36,000 nt of DNA, from the IMG/VR virus record IMGVR_UViG_3300002092_000018, positions 1 through 36,000 of that record. One strand, given 5' to 3'. The notes under the pieces are model-generated. The model was not told where the DNA came from. It did not search any database and saw only the letters and a program-made list of their open reading frames with translations. This DNA comes from a virus. Below, one piece after another: positions 14,668 through 22,694 of the stretch. How positions within the stretch are numbered: the stretch's first letter is position 1; each line of letters starts with the position of its first letter. Made by a program: the position numbers and the translations under genes.

Positions 14668-14894
14668 CAGAGGCTATCAAGGTGAATGGGGAAGAGGCAT
14701 TGGTTGAAACCCCGGATGAGTTTCAGAGGCGGCGTTATCTTGATCTTGTGTGGAACATGGACAAGAAGCAGATGTTTGCGGAACTGATGCGGGTTCATGC
14801 GACATCGACTCAAATGCTCAATGCCGCGCAGTTGGAAATACAGAATCTTAAAGCGGTGATTGCAGAGTATGACGAACGTAAACGCTTGCATTGA
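14664..14894 (+). CDS. Hypothetical protein, 76 aa
   Basis: The ATG overlaps the upstream stop (ATGA), and GGAG lies 6 nt upstream. Confidence 0.55.
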   Translation: MTEAIKVNGEEALVETPDEFQRRRYLDLVWNMDKKQMFAELMRVHATSTQMLNAAQLEIQNLKAVIAEYDERKRLH

Positions 14895-15117
14895 CGGATC
14901 GCAGAGCCAAAATCGCTCTAGCGTTGCAGGACTGCGGGAAAGCCGTGTGCGCTATCGTGACGAGATGCGCAGGGCTATCTCTTGCGCGACTGCCGAGCAG
15001 AAGCGGCGGCTTGTTGCGGATTGGAAGCGGAAGTATTCTGATTTGATGGTGCGGGAGTTGGTGAGTCTTGCCAAGGTGAGTGAGATTCGTGATCGTGTCA
15101 GCCAATGGGAGCAATGA
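14860..15117 (+). CDS. Hypothetical basic protein, up to 85 aa (start uncertain)
   Basis: It fills the same-strand gap. The ATG at 14860 overlaps the previous gene by 35 nt, and an internal GTG at 14946 is an alternative start. Confidence 0.45.
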   Translation: MQSMTNVNACIDGSQSQNRSSVAGLRESRVRYRDEMRRAISCATAEQKRRLVADWKRKYSDLMVRELVSLAKVSEIRDRVSQWEQ

Positions 15118-15536
15118 TGAATATTGAAGATGTTCTTGAGATGTTGCGTCAGGAGCAGGTGCAGAAGGTGTACGCAAGGAATATGGCGTATGCAAAACCT
15201 GATTGGCAAACGGGGTTGGCGCAACTAAGTCCAGAGCAAGAGCAGCAATTCTTGCAGTGGGTTAAGGCAAACAATGTTCCCTTTAATCCTAACGATAAGA
15301 CCGCCGATTACGATATGCGCGGGTTCTGGCAAGCGTTGCAGCAGGGGGACCCCCGCGCTATGTCAGGGGTTAATCCAACAACGCAATCCCTGCATTACCC
15401 CGATGTCTGGAAAACCCCGTATCACGAATCTTTTTCTGCTGAATCGCAGTGGGCGGGGGATGGCGCACCAACATGGCAGGATGACAAGCTGGTTTCCCCG
15501 AGCGGGGAGATTATCTTTCAGGACAAGCCGGAGTGA
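15114..15536 (+). CDS. Hypothetical protein, about 140 aa, conserved phage domain of unknown function
   Basis: The ATG overlaps the upstream stop. The motifs YDMRGFW and HYPDVWKTPYHESFSAES recall a recurrent phage domain. It does not look like a terminase small subunit. Confidence 0.55.
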   Translation: MMNIEDVLEMLRQEQVQKVYARNMAYAKPDWQTGLAQLSPEQEQQFLQWVKANNVPFNPNDKTADYDMRGFWQALQQGDPRAMSGVNPTTQSLHYPDVWKTPYHESFSAESQWAGDGAPTWQDDKLVSPSGEIIFQDKPE

Positions 15537-17308
15537 GCAACTTCAATCTTCCGCAGTTTTATCGGTTTTGCAATCAGTTGCGGATCGAAACGAAAGAGAA
15601 GGGCTTGATGCGCATGACGCACTTGCTCGGGACCCAAACGTATGTGATGAACGAGATTGCCCAAGGGCTTAAGGAGGGCGTTCACCACTTCGTTATTCTC
15701 AAGGGTAGGCAGTTGGGCATCACGACTGTTTCTCTTGCGCTGGACCTGTACTGGCACTTCCTGAACCCCGGCTTGCAGGGGACGCTAGTGACGGACACGG
15801 AAGAGAACCGGGATATGTTCAGGTCGACTCTTTCGATGTACATGGACGGATTGCCCAAGGAATACCGCATTCCCCTGATAGCCCACAACCGCACTCAGCT
15901 TTCGCTGAAAAACCGATCTCGCCTGTTCTACCAAGTCGCGGGATTACGCGCCAAGGGGACGCTAGGGCGCGGCAAGGCGATTACCTTCCTGCACGGTACG
16001 GAAACGTCCTCATGGGGCGATGAAGAGGGGTTAGCGTCCCTGCTGGCATCGCTGGCGGAAACCAACCCCATGCGGATGTACATCTTTGAATCTACTGCCC
16101 GTGGATTCAATATGTTCCATGATATGTACACGACTGCCAAACGCGCCCGGACGCAACGCGCAATCTTCTGCGGATGGTGGCGCAACGAACTCTACATGAC
16201 CGATCCTGAAAGCGAGGTTTACAAAGTCTATTGGGATGGCAAGCTAAAGCCCGAAGAGAAAGAGTGGGTCAAGGAAATCAAGAAGCTGTACAACTTTGAA
16301 ATCAATTCCCGACAAATGGCTTGGTGGCGTTGGAAGATGGAAGAGGGCATCAAGGACGAACAGTTGATGTACCAAGAATTCCCCCCGACTGAGGATTACG
16401 CTTTCGTCCTGTCCGGCACATCCTTCTTTTCAAACGCACGATGCACGGATGCAATGAAGGACGCTAAGAAACTGCGCCCGGATTACTACCGCTACAGCAT
16501 GGGCGCGAATTTTCAAGATACCGAAGTGCTGCGCTCCACGGAACGACTCGCCACGCTCAAGGTGTGGGAGGAACCGATTGACACGGCTTTCTATGTAATC
16601 GGCGCGGACCCGGCGTATGGCTCAAGCGATTGGGCGGACCGCTTCTGCATCAAGGTCTATCGCGCATACTCTGACGGACTTGAAGAGGTTGCGGCGTTTG
16701 CCACTTCCGAAATGAACACCTATCAATTTGCTTGGGTGCTGGCGCATCTTGCCGGGGCTTATCGCAACTCGACACTCAACCTTGAGGTCAACGGTCCGGG
16801 GCAAGCGGTCATCAACGAACTCAAGAACCTGAAGCGTCAGGCGGCAAATATGGGCGACCAGATGGGCGCGGACTTGCTCAACGTGCTTGGCTCCATGCAG
16901 AATTACATCTGGCGCAAGAACGACTCCCTTGGCGGTATGAGCGCAAGCATTGGCTGGCTCACGACTACCGCCACGAAGGAAAGAATGTTGACGTACATGA
17001 AGGACTACTTTGAACGCCGGATGATGGACATCAAATGCGTTGACACGATTGATGAAATGAAAACGGTTGTTCGTGACGGAGGTTCAATTGAAGCGTCAGG
17101 GCGCAACAAGGATGATCGCGTTATTGCATCGGCTCTTGCTGCCGCTGCGTTCGCTGAACAAGTTCAACCCCAACTCATTGCAAGACGGATCACACGCAAC
17201 ATTTCGCGCAAGCAGGATGAGGCAAGGCCGGACGAAGCTGCGGTAGGAAAGAACGTATCCGACTATCTGAAAAAGATTGGAATGTATGGCAACGGCGGTC
17301 CTCACTAA
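15533..17308 (+). CDS. terL: Terminase large subunit
   Basis: The Walker A-like motif is ILKGRQLGITT (compare T4 gp17 SRQLGKT). The Walker B-like motif is ITFLHGTETSSW. Nuclease-domain acidic motifs are IGADPAYGSSDWAD and NKDDRVIASALAAAA. The start could be GTG 15533 or ATG 15608. Confidence 0.9.
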   Translation: MSNFNLPQFYRFCNQLRIETKEKGLMRMTHLLGTQTYVMNEIAQGLKEGVHHFVILKGRQLGITTVSLALDLYWHFLNPGLQGTLVTDTEENRDMFRSTLSMYMDGLPKEYRIPLIAHNRTQLSLKNRSRLFYQVAGLRAKGTLGRGKAITFLHGTETSSWGDEEGLASLLASLAETNPMRMYIFESTARGFNMFHDMYTTAKRARTQRAIFCGWWRNELYMTDPESEVYKVYWDGKLKPEEKEWVKEIKKLYNFEINSRQMAWWRWKMEEGIKDEQLMYQEFPPTEDYAFVLSGTSFFSNARCTDAMKDAKKLRPDYYRYSMGANFQDTEVLRSTERLATLKVWEEPIDTAFYVIGADPAYGSSDWADRFCIKVYRAYSDGLEEVAAFATSEMNTYQFAWVLAHLAGAYRNSTLNLEVNGPGQAVINELKNLKRQAANMGDQMGADLLNVLGSMQNYIWRKNDSLGGMSASIGWLTTTATKERMLTYMKDYFERRMMDIKCVDTIDEMKTVVRDGGSIEASGRNKDDRVIASALAAAAFAEQVQPQLIARRITRNISRKQDEARPDEAAVGKNVSDYLKKIGMYGNGGPH

Positions 17309-17681
17309 GGCAGAACTGCGGCGCATCATCCCGCGATTTATCGCTGACAAGAAGCGAGGGATTTCGCTGGAAAACTTCTGCGAGATTGCCGGGGTGGGCA
17401 AGTCGAACCTCTATCAAATCTTCATCTACAAGAATCACGAACTCAGCGAGATAGTCCAGCGCAGAATAAGCAAGGCGTACCAGCATTGGCGCAACGGTGA
17501 CATCGTTGTGATGGTCAACAGGGACAACACGAAGTTCCCCGATTACCGCAAGGAACCAAAGCCGCGTCTTGCCCGTGGATACGGGATCGAACTCAAGGAC
17601 GGACGTATGCAGTTGAAGATAGGCATTAGGAACAAGGCGGATTACGGCCCAACGATTGATGAGCAACTTAGAAGGGGATAA
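17286..17681 (+). CDS. HTH-containing protein, 131 aa (candidate terminase small subunit or late regulator)
   Basis: The helix-turn-helix-like segment is ISLENFCEIAGVGKSNLYQIF. It overlaps the terL 3' end and lies between terL and the portal gene. Confidence 0.5.
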   Translation: MATAVLTKAELRRIIPRFIADKKRGISLENFCEIAGVGKSNLYQIFIYKNHELSEIVQRRISKAYQHWRNGDIVVMVNRDNTKFPDYRKEPKPRLARGYGIELKDGRMQLKIGIRNKADYGPTIDEQLRRG

Positions 17682-18256
17682 TGATGGCAAGCAGAATTTT
17701 GCGTGACTACAAGTGTCAGGAACACGGGTTCTTTGAAGGTTTCCAACCGAAATGTCCAGAGGGGTGCGAAGGTGAACTTATTCTTCAGGTTTTTCTCAAG
17801 AGTCCGGGCTTTGTTTCAGCCAAGACAAAAGCAACGGACAAGAACATTGCCGGACTTGCAAAGGACTTTGGAATGTCCAACATCAAGTCAACCCGTGAGG
17901 GCGAACACCAAGAAGGTTATCTCTCCCGCAACAACAAGTTCTCAGAGCAAGCCTACGCAGAAGCGGAAAAGTACGCAACGAAGAAAGTCCCGCGCAAACG
18001 CAAAGGCAAGGCAGCAATAGATTCTCCCAAGCCCCCGGAGCCAAGACCGGGCGATGCGGCGATATGGGGCGGCGGTGATGGCAAGGGGATGTTTTCCAAC
18101 TTTGACCTCAAGACCGTCCTATCAGGACAGTTCAGCAAGCCAATCAAGGACGAATCCGTTGGCTTGACACCAAGAGCAGCGGGGATCAATAATGGTCCGA
18201 CTGCTGATCCGTCATCCACCTTGCATGACCCCGATAAATTGCAGATAAAGACCTGA
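17681..18256 (+). CDS. Hypothetical protein with N-terminal zinc-ribbon-like motif, 191 aa
   Basis: The start is coupled to the upstream stop (TAATG) and RBS is AGGGGA. The N-terminus YKCQEHGFFEGFQPKCPEGCEG resembles an FmdB-type ribbon with degenerate ligands. The C-terminal half is basic and Pro-rich. Confidence 0.55.
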   Translation: MMASRILRDYKCQEHGFFEGFQPKCPEGCEGELILQVFLKSPGFVSAKTKATDKNIAGLAKDFGMSNIKSTREGEHQEGYLSRNNKFSEQAYAEAEKYATKKVPRKRKGKAAIDSPKPPEPRPGDAAIWGGGDGKGMFSNFDLKTVLSGQFSKPIKDESVGLTPRAAGINNGPTADPSSTLHDPDKLQIKT

Positions 18257-18257
18257 C

Positions 18258-19889
18258 ATGATTATCCCATCTACTGCGGTTGAAAGAGAACTGTTCTACC
18301 GAGAAATCATGCAGAAGTGCATGACATCTGCGGAGGACCGCAAGCGCGACTATGAAGTATTGAAGTCGTACTATCTCTTCGGGGCGGGACCCAATCAACC
18401 TCCTGCCTTGTTCAACAAGATCAATCCGCACTTGGATCAACTGACCAGCTTCCTTTACTCTGCCGAGTCAACCCGGTTCTCAATTTCGATTGGCGCGTCA
18501 GTCGAGCCGTTTGAACACCGCAAGTCACCCAAGCTGACATCCGCGCTCAACGATGAGTGGTGGAACTCCAATGCGGATCAGGTGTTCTCTCTCGCGCTCA
18601 CTTGGTCATTGGTATACAACACAAGTTTTATCAAGCTGGTTTACAACAAGGGCATCCACCCCTACATGATCGAACCGGGGTCGGTTGGCGTGTTGCGTGA
18701 GGACACTCCTTACACGGACCGACAAGAGGCTTTTTGCCATCGTTATTACATGACGCGCTCTGACCTTTTTGCGCGGCTTTACAGTCACCCCCGGCGCGAG
18801 TCGATTGTGAAGCAAATCAACTCTTCACCGCGCATGACCAGCGACAACAGCGGGGACGGTGTGGCGCGGATCATCATGTCCGCCACGAACCCCACGATAT
18901 ACGGCAACGTCAACATGGATTTGTTTGGCGAAAACCGATACCGCGCACAGGTCGCAGAGGACACGATTGAAATGCGTGAACTCTGGCTTTGGGACGATTC
19001 AATTCAGGACTACCAATGCGTGACGTTTGCTGACCCGGACGCAATCATCTATGACCGACCCGGCTCAAGCCTGTTTCTCAAAGGCGAATCGCCGTTTGTG
19101 CAAATCTGCCCGGACCCGCTTCCCAACTATTATTGGGGGCAATCCGAATGTCAGAAACTTGTGATGCTGCAAGAGGTCCGAAACAACCGCATGACGGAGA
19201 TTCAGGACTTGCTGTCGAAGCAAGTGAACCCGCCAAAAGCGTTTTCAGGATTCAGCGGCATAGCGGAAGAGAAATACTTTGCGATGAACCGCGCTGGTTC
19301 GATGATTGCAACCGATATGCCCAACGCAAAGGTCGATTCTCTCGCGCCTGAAATGCCCCCCGATATTTTTGAAGTGATCCACGAAATTGACGCAATGTTC
19401 ATGGAAGTGTCCGGCATCAACAATGTGCTGTCCGGGCGCGGTGAATCTGGCGTTCGTTCATCTGGTCACGCATCCCAACTCGCAAGGCTTGGTTCAAGCC
19501 GTGCAAAAAAACGTGCTCTCATTGTCGAAGATAGTCTGGAAAAAGTAGCAACACTCTATCTCAAATTGATGCAAGTCTACGACCCCACGCACTACACCGA
19601 CACCGAGGGTACGCCTTTCATTGCCAAGCAGTTCACCAATGACTTTGTGGTGAAGGTTGACGCGCACTCCAACTCCCCGATCTTTACGGAGGACACGAAG
19701 GAACTCGCGTTCAGCCTGTTCAAGGCGGAAGTCATAGACAAAGAATCTCTTCTTGATCTTGTCGAACCGCCCATGAAGCAACTGCTCAAGGACAGGCTCA
19801 AGACGCGCCAGCAGAAAGAAGCGGACCAACCCCCTGCCGCGCCCGAGAAAGAGGGCGGCAAGCCGCCGTTGAAGATTGCAAAGGGATAG
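18258..19889 (+). CDS. Portal protein
   Basis: It is 543 aa and sits downstream of terL. Its size and position are typical of podovirus portals, and it has a basic/acidic C-terminal tail. The call rests on synteny and general similarity, not a diagnostic motif. Confidence 0.75.
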   Translation: MIIPSTAVERELFYREIMQKCMTSAEDRKRDYEVLKSYYLFGAGPNQPPALFNKINPHLDQLTSFLYSAESTRFSISIGASVEPFEHRKSPKLTSALNDEWWNSNADQVFSLALTWSLVYNTSFIKLVYNKGIHPYMIEPGSVGVLREDTPYTDRQEAFCHRYYMTRSDLFARLYSHPRRESIVKQINSSPRMTSDNSGDGVARIIMSATNPTIYGNVNMDLFGENRYRAQVAEDTIEMRELWLWDDSIQDYQCVTFADPDAIIYDRPGSSLFLKGESPFVQICPDPLPNYYWGQSECQKLVMLQEVRNNRMTEIQDLLSKQVNPPKAFSGFSGIAEEKYFAMNRAGSMIATDMPNAKVDSLAPEMPPDIFEVIHEIDAMFMEVSGINNVLSGRGESGVRSSGHASQLARLGSSRAKKRALIVEDSLEKVATLYLKLMQVYDPTHYTDTEGTPFIAKQFTNDFVVKVDAHSNSPIFTEDTKELAFSLFKAEVIDKESLLDLVEPPMKQLLKDRLKTRQQKEADQPPAAPEKEGGKPPLKIAKG

Positions 19890-19891
19890 TC

Positions 19892-20050
19892 ATGGCATCG
19901 AACAAGACCGCACCAAAAGCAGATCAGCCGCGAGTGACAACCGAAAACCTAAAGCGCGGCGATGACCTTGGGAAGATTCAACGCGCAAACACGGTCAAAG
20001 CATCGACACGCGCCAGCAAAAGAAGTGCTGGACGTTTGGGAAGAAGCTGA
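19892..20050 (+). CDS. Unlisted small basic protein, 52 aa (MASNKTAPKADQPRVTTENLKRGDDLGKIQRANTVKASTRASKRSAGRLGRS)
   Basis: The ATG lies 3 nt after the portal stop, with AAGGGA 5 nt upstream. It falls below the length cutoff of the ORF track. Confidence 0.5.
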   Translation: MASNKTAPKADQPRVTTENLKRGDDLGKIQRANTVKASTRASKRSAGRLGRS

Positions 20051-20131
20051 TAAGATTGCAGTTCCTTAGTCAGGAAAAGGGTGTAGCTGCCTTCCCTTTC
20101 AATAGGTGGCTCGGCTTCAAGGAGTGTCCAC

Positions 20132-20173
20132 ATGGCACGCAAAGCTCGCAAGGGTCGCAAGTCGCGCAAGTAA
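20132..20173 (+). CDS. 13-codon polycationic micro-ORF MARKARKGRKSRK
   Basis: A consensus SD, AAGGAG, lies 7 nt upstream of the ATG. The coding part is four tandem 9-nt units, CGCAAR-NNN (20138-20173). Confidence 0.45.
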   Translation: MARKARKGRKSRK

Positions 20174-20185
20174 TCCGAAAGGATT
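20172..20185 (+). other. GNRA-tetraloop hairpin AATCC-GAAA-GGATT overlapping the micro-ORF stop codon
   Basis: It is a perfect 5-bp stem with a GAAA loop. Confidence 0.6.
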
Positions 20186-20213
20186 CTTGCGGATGACCCG
20201 CACAAGTCCCCTT

Positions 20214-20250
20214 TGAGGGGGGGTGGGAACAAAAACATAACCCCCCCTCA
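20214..20250 (+). other. Very stable 11-bp hairpin TGAGGGGGGGT / ACCCCCCCTCA with a 15-nt loop
   Basis: The inverted repeat is perfect and contains G7 and C7 homopolymers. No U-tract follows. An alternative CCCC/GGGG pairing (20208-20220) competes for the G-tract. Confidence 0.7.
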
Positions 20251-20260
20251 CCCAACACAC

Positions 20261-20288
20261 TTGATTTTTGATAGGAAAGGATTATTCT
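20261..20288 (+). promoter_or_regulatory. Candidate sigma70-type promoter for the head-morphogenesis genes
   Basis: TTGATT-16 nt-TATTCT lies about 25 nt upstream of ATG 20315. Confidence 0.4.
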
Positions 20289-20314
20289 GGCGGCAATCTC
20301 GATAGGGAAATGCT

Positions 20315-20860
20315 ATGCCAGCGCAAACCGATCCCATGCTTGCCCTACTCAAGGGGCAAAAGGATTCCGCCACTCCGGGCGGCGTTCCTCCCACTCCTGA
20401 CAATCCCGCATCTGGGATGTCGGAACCCGGCTCACCCCCAATGGCAGGACCCATGTCTACCCCTGAACCCAAGTTGGGTGACAGGGAGGCGGCTATGGCG
20501 AACCTCGGCATTGTTGCCGATCTGCTTGAGCAATCCCTTTCCGCATTCGGCAGCGAAACGCCTGAAGGACAAAAAGTCCTAGGCGCGATCCGCACGATTA
20601 GCGGAATGCTCGGACCGCGCAAAGGCAAGACCAACGAACTGCAACAGGCTGAGATTCTTCAGTTGATGCAATCCCTGCCCAAGGCTGGCGGCACTCCCCC
20701 GGAACTCAAGGGGATGCAGAATGCGCCACCCGTACCCGGTATGCCGCCTCCGGGCGGTATGCCACCTCCGGGCGCACCGCCAATGGGCGGCAAGCCTCCG
20801 GGCGCACCTCCCGGCATGATGCCCCCGCCACTCGGCGGCGGTATGCCTCCACCCATGTAA
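20315..20860 (+). CDS. Pro/Gly/Met-repeat protein, 181 aa (head-module protein of unknown role)
   Basis: RBS is AGGGAAA. The N-terminus is Pro-rich. A helical-looking core follows. The 45-aa C-terminal tail is PPVPGMPPPGGMPPPGAPPMGGKPPGAPPGMMPPPLGGGMPPPM, which includes an 18-nt tandem duplication. Confidence 0.65.
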   Translation: MPAQTDPMLALLKGQKDSATPGGVPPTPDNPASGMSEPGSPPMAGPMSTPEPKLGDREAAMANLGIVADLLEQSLSAFGSETPEGQKVLGAIRTISGMLGPRKGKTNELQQAEILQLMQSLPKAGGTPPELKGMQNAPPVPGMPPPGGMPPPGAPPMGGKPPGAPPGMMPPPLGGGMPPPM

Positions 20861-20872
20861 CAAGGAAAGAAA

Positions 20873-21058
20873 ATGGACCTCTGGAAACCTCGCGGTACTG
20901 CTTCGCTCCGCAACCCGACCTCCAACGAGCAAAAGCACGGGCAGATTTACAATCCCCCGCGCTTCGCCCAACTCGGCGGTTTGTCCGGCGCAAGCAAGGC
21001 AACCCACAAAAACGCCATGACGCTTTCGCGTCCCGGTGACACCAAGAAAATCATCTGA
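20873..21058 (+). CDS. Hypothetical basic protein, 61 aa
   Basis: RBS AAGGAAAG precedes the ATG. It is on the same strand between head genes. Confidence 0.5.
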   Translation: MDLWKPRGTASLRNPTSNEQKHGQIYNPPRFAQLGGLSGASKATHKNAMTLSRPGDTKKII

Positions 21059-21076
21059 GCAGCAAGGGGATAAGAC

Positions 21077-21610
21077 ATGAGTAGCTTGGAAGATGTTTCG
21101 ATTCAACAGCGCGATCAACTCGCTTTGCTGTCCAAGAATCTTTCGGATGATCCGTCTACCCGGAAAGACTTTTTGAGGCTGGCAAAGCGGATCAATCCTG
21201 ATCTTGTCGTGCCTGAACTTGAGATCGAAGATCGGACCAACAAGGTCCTTGAAACGATCCAGAAGGAAAACGAGGAACTACGCAACTCGCTCAAGGACCG
21301 CGAACGCCGCGAGGACTTGGACAAGAAGCGGCAGAGCCTTATCAAGAACGGGCTGGCAAGCAACGATGAAGATGTTGCCGCCATCGAAAAGGTCATGCTC
21401 GAAAAGCATATCCCCGACCATGAAACCGGGGCGCAGTACTGGAACTGGATGAAGCAAGCCGCAGTCCCAACGCCAACAGGCTACAACCCGAGTGCTATCG
21501 CCAAGTTCGACTTGTCGAAGTACATGAAGAATCCCACGATGGGCGCACGGGAAGAAGCGTCAAAGGCTTTGCAGGATTTGCGGTCGATGCGGAGTCCAAT
21601 TCGTATTTGA
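21077..21610 (+). CDS. Scaffolding protein (putative)
   Basis: It is 177 aa and highly charged (Glu/Lys/Arg/Asp). It sits immediately upstream of the capsid gene. RBS is AAGGGGA. Confidence 0.6.
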   Translation: MSSLEDVSIQQRDQLALLSKNLSDDPSTRKDFLRLAKRINPDLVVPELEIEDRTNKVLETIQKENEELRNSLKDRERREDLDKKRQSLIKNGLASNDEDVAAIEKVMLEKHIPDHETGAQYWNWMKQAAVPTPTGYNPSAIAKFDLSKYMKNPTMGAREEASKALQDLRSMRSPIRI

Positions 21611-21624
21611 TTTGGGGATTAGTC

Positions 21625-21648
21625 ATCGGCTTAATGCCGGTATTTTTT
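21625..21648 (+). terminator. Weak intrinsic terminator-like hairpin between the scaffold and capsid genes
   Basis: ATCGGC-TTAAT-GCCGGT forms a 6-bp stem with 1 G-U, followed by A and a T6 run. Confidence 0.45.
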
Positions 21649-21671
21649 CAACGTGATTCAAGGAGATTCTC

Positions 21672-22682
21672 ATGCCAATAGGCGGCGGGATTTTACCGGC
21701 ATCGAATACGAGTCAGTACACCGAACTGACTTACATCACTCGCCGGGCTTTCATTCCCAAGCTGGTTGTCCAGCTTTACAACTCAACGCCTCTCATGGCG
21801 GCTCTGATTGCCAACAGTCAGTCAGCCTCCGGCGGCGTGAGTCAAGTCACCGTGCCTGTGCAAGGTGCTGCATTCGTGAACGCGCAATGGTCGGATTACT
21901 CCGGTTCGTTTGCTGCGCCCACGGTCCAGCAAGGCGCATTCAACGCTGAATTCAACCTCAAGTTGATGATTGCCCCTGTGCCGTTCCTCGGCATGGAAGG
22001 AATCGTGCAGCAAGACTATGCGGTCATTCCGCTGATCGAAGCGCGGATGAATGACGCGACAAACGTGATGATGGATGCGATGGCAACTGCCCTCTATTCC
22101 AACTACACGAACACGCAGCAATTCATCGGGCTTCCCGGCGCAATTGACGATGGCACAAACCTTGCCACCTACGGCAACATCAGCCGAACCAGCTACGCAT
22201 GGTGGAAGTCCAAGGTGTACGCTGCGGGGAACGTCAACCCCACGCGACAGAACATCCTGCAATACATCAGCGGCACGGTGAAGAACGGCGCGGAAGTCCC
22301 GACTTTCGGCGTGTGTGGATTTGGCACATGGACCCTGCTTGCTCAAGACTACGTTGGTCAAGAGCAATATGTCATCACTCCCGGTCACGGGTTCGATGGT
22401 GACAGCAACGGTCCCTCCGCAGCTTTCCGCGCCCTCATGGTCGCTGGCGTTCCAGTCTACCCCGATCCGTACTGTCCTGAAGGTACGGTGTACTTCATCA
22501 ACAGCAACTATCTCTCGCTGTACATTCACGAACAAGGTTCGTTTGTGTTCACCGGGTTTGAGTCCACGCTTCCCAACTGGCAAATCGGTTATGTGGGCGC
22601 GGTCTTGATGATTGCTGAACTGGTGAGTACCAAGCCCAAGTCGATGACTCGGGTTTCGGGCTACAACTCCATTTCGCTGTAA
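21672..22682 (+). CDS. Major capsid protein (HK97-fold type, inferred)
   Basis: It is 336 aa with a consensus SD, AAGGAG. It follows the scaffold-like gene, and its size and composition are typical of podovirus coat proteins. Confidence 0.8.
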   Translation: MPIGGGILPASNTSQYTELTYITRRAFIPKLVVQLYNSTPLMAALIANSQSASGGVSQVTVPVQGAAFVNAQWSDYSGSFAAPTVQQGAFNAEFNLKLMIAPVPFLGMEGIVQQDYAVIPLIEARMNDATNVMMDAMATALYSNYTNTQQFIGLPGAIDDGTNLATYGNISRTSYAWWKSKVYAAGNVNPTRQNILQYISGTVKNGAEVPTFGVCGFGTWTLLAQDYVGQEQYVITPGHGFDGDSNGPSAAFRALMVAGVPVYPDPYCPEGTVYFINSNYLSLYIHEQGSFVFTGFESTLPNWQIGYVGAVLMIAELVSTKPKSMTRVSGYNSISL

Positions 22683-22694
22683 GGAGAACCAGTC

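Noticed and set aside
20070-20258. A 62-aa Cys-rich minus-strand ORF opposite the micro-ORF and hairpin region.
   Set aside because: It has no RBS and is antisense in a long unidirectional operon. Its open frame is a by-product of the CGCAAG repeat and the G/C homopolymers.
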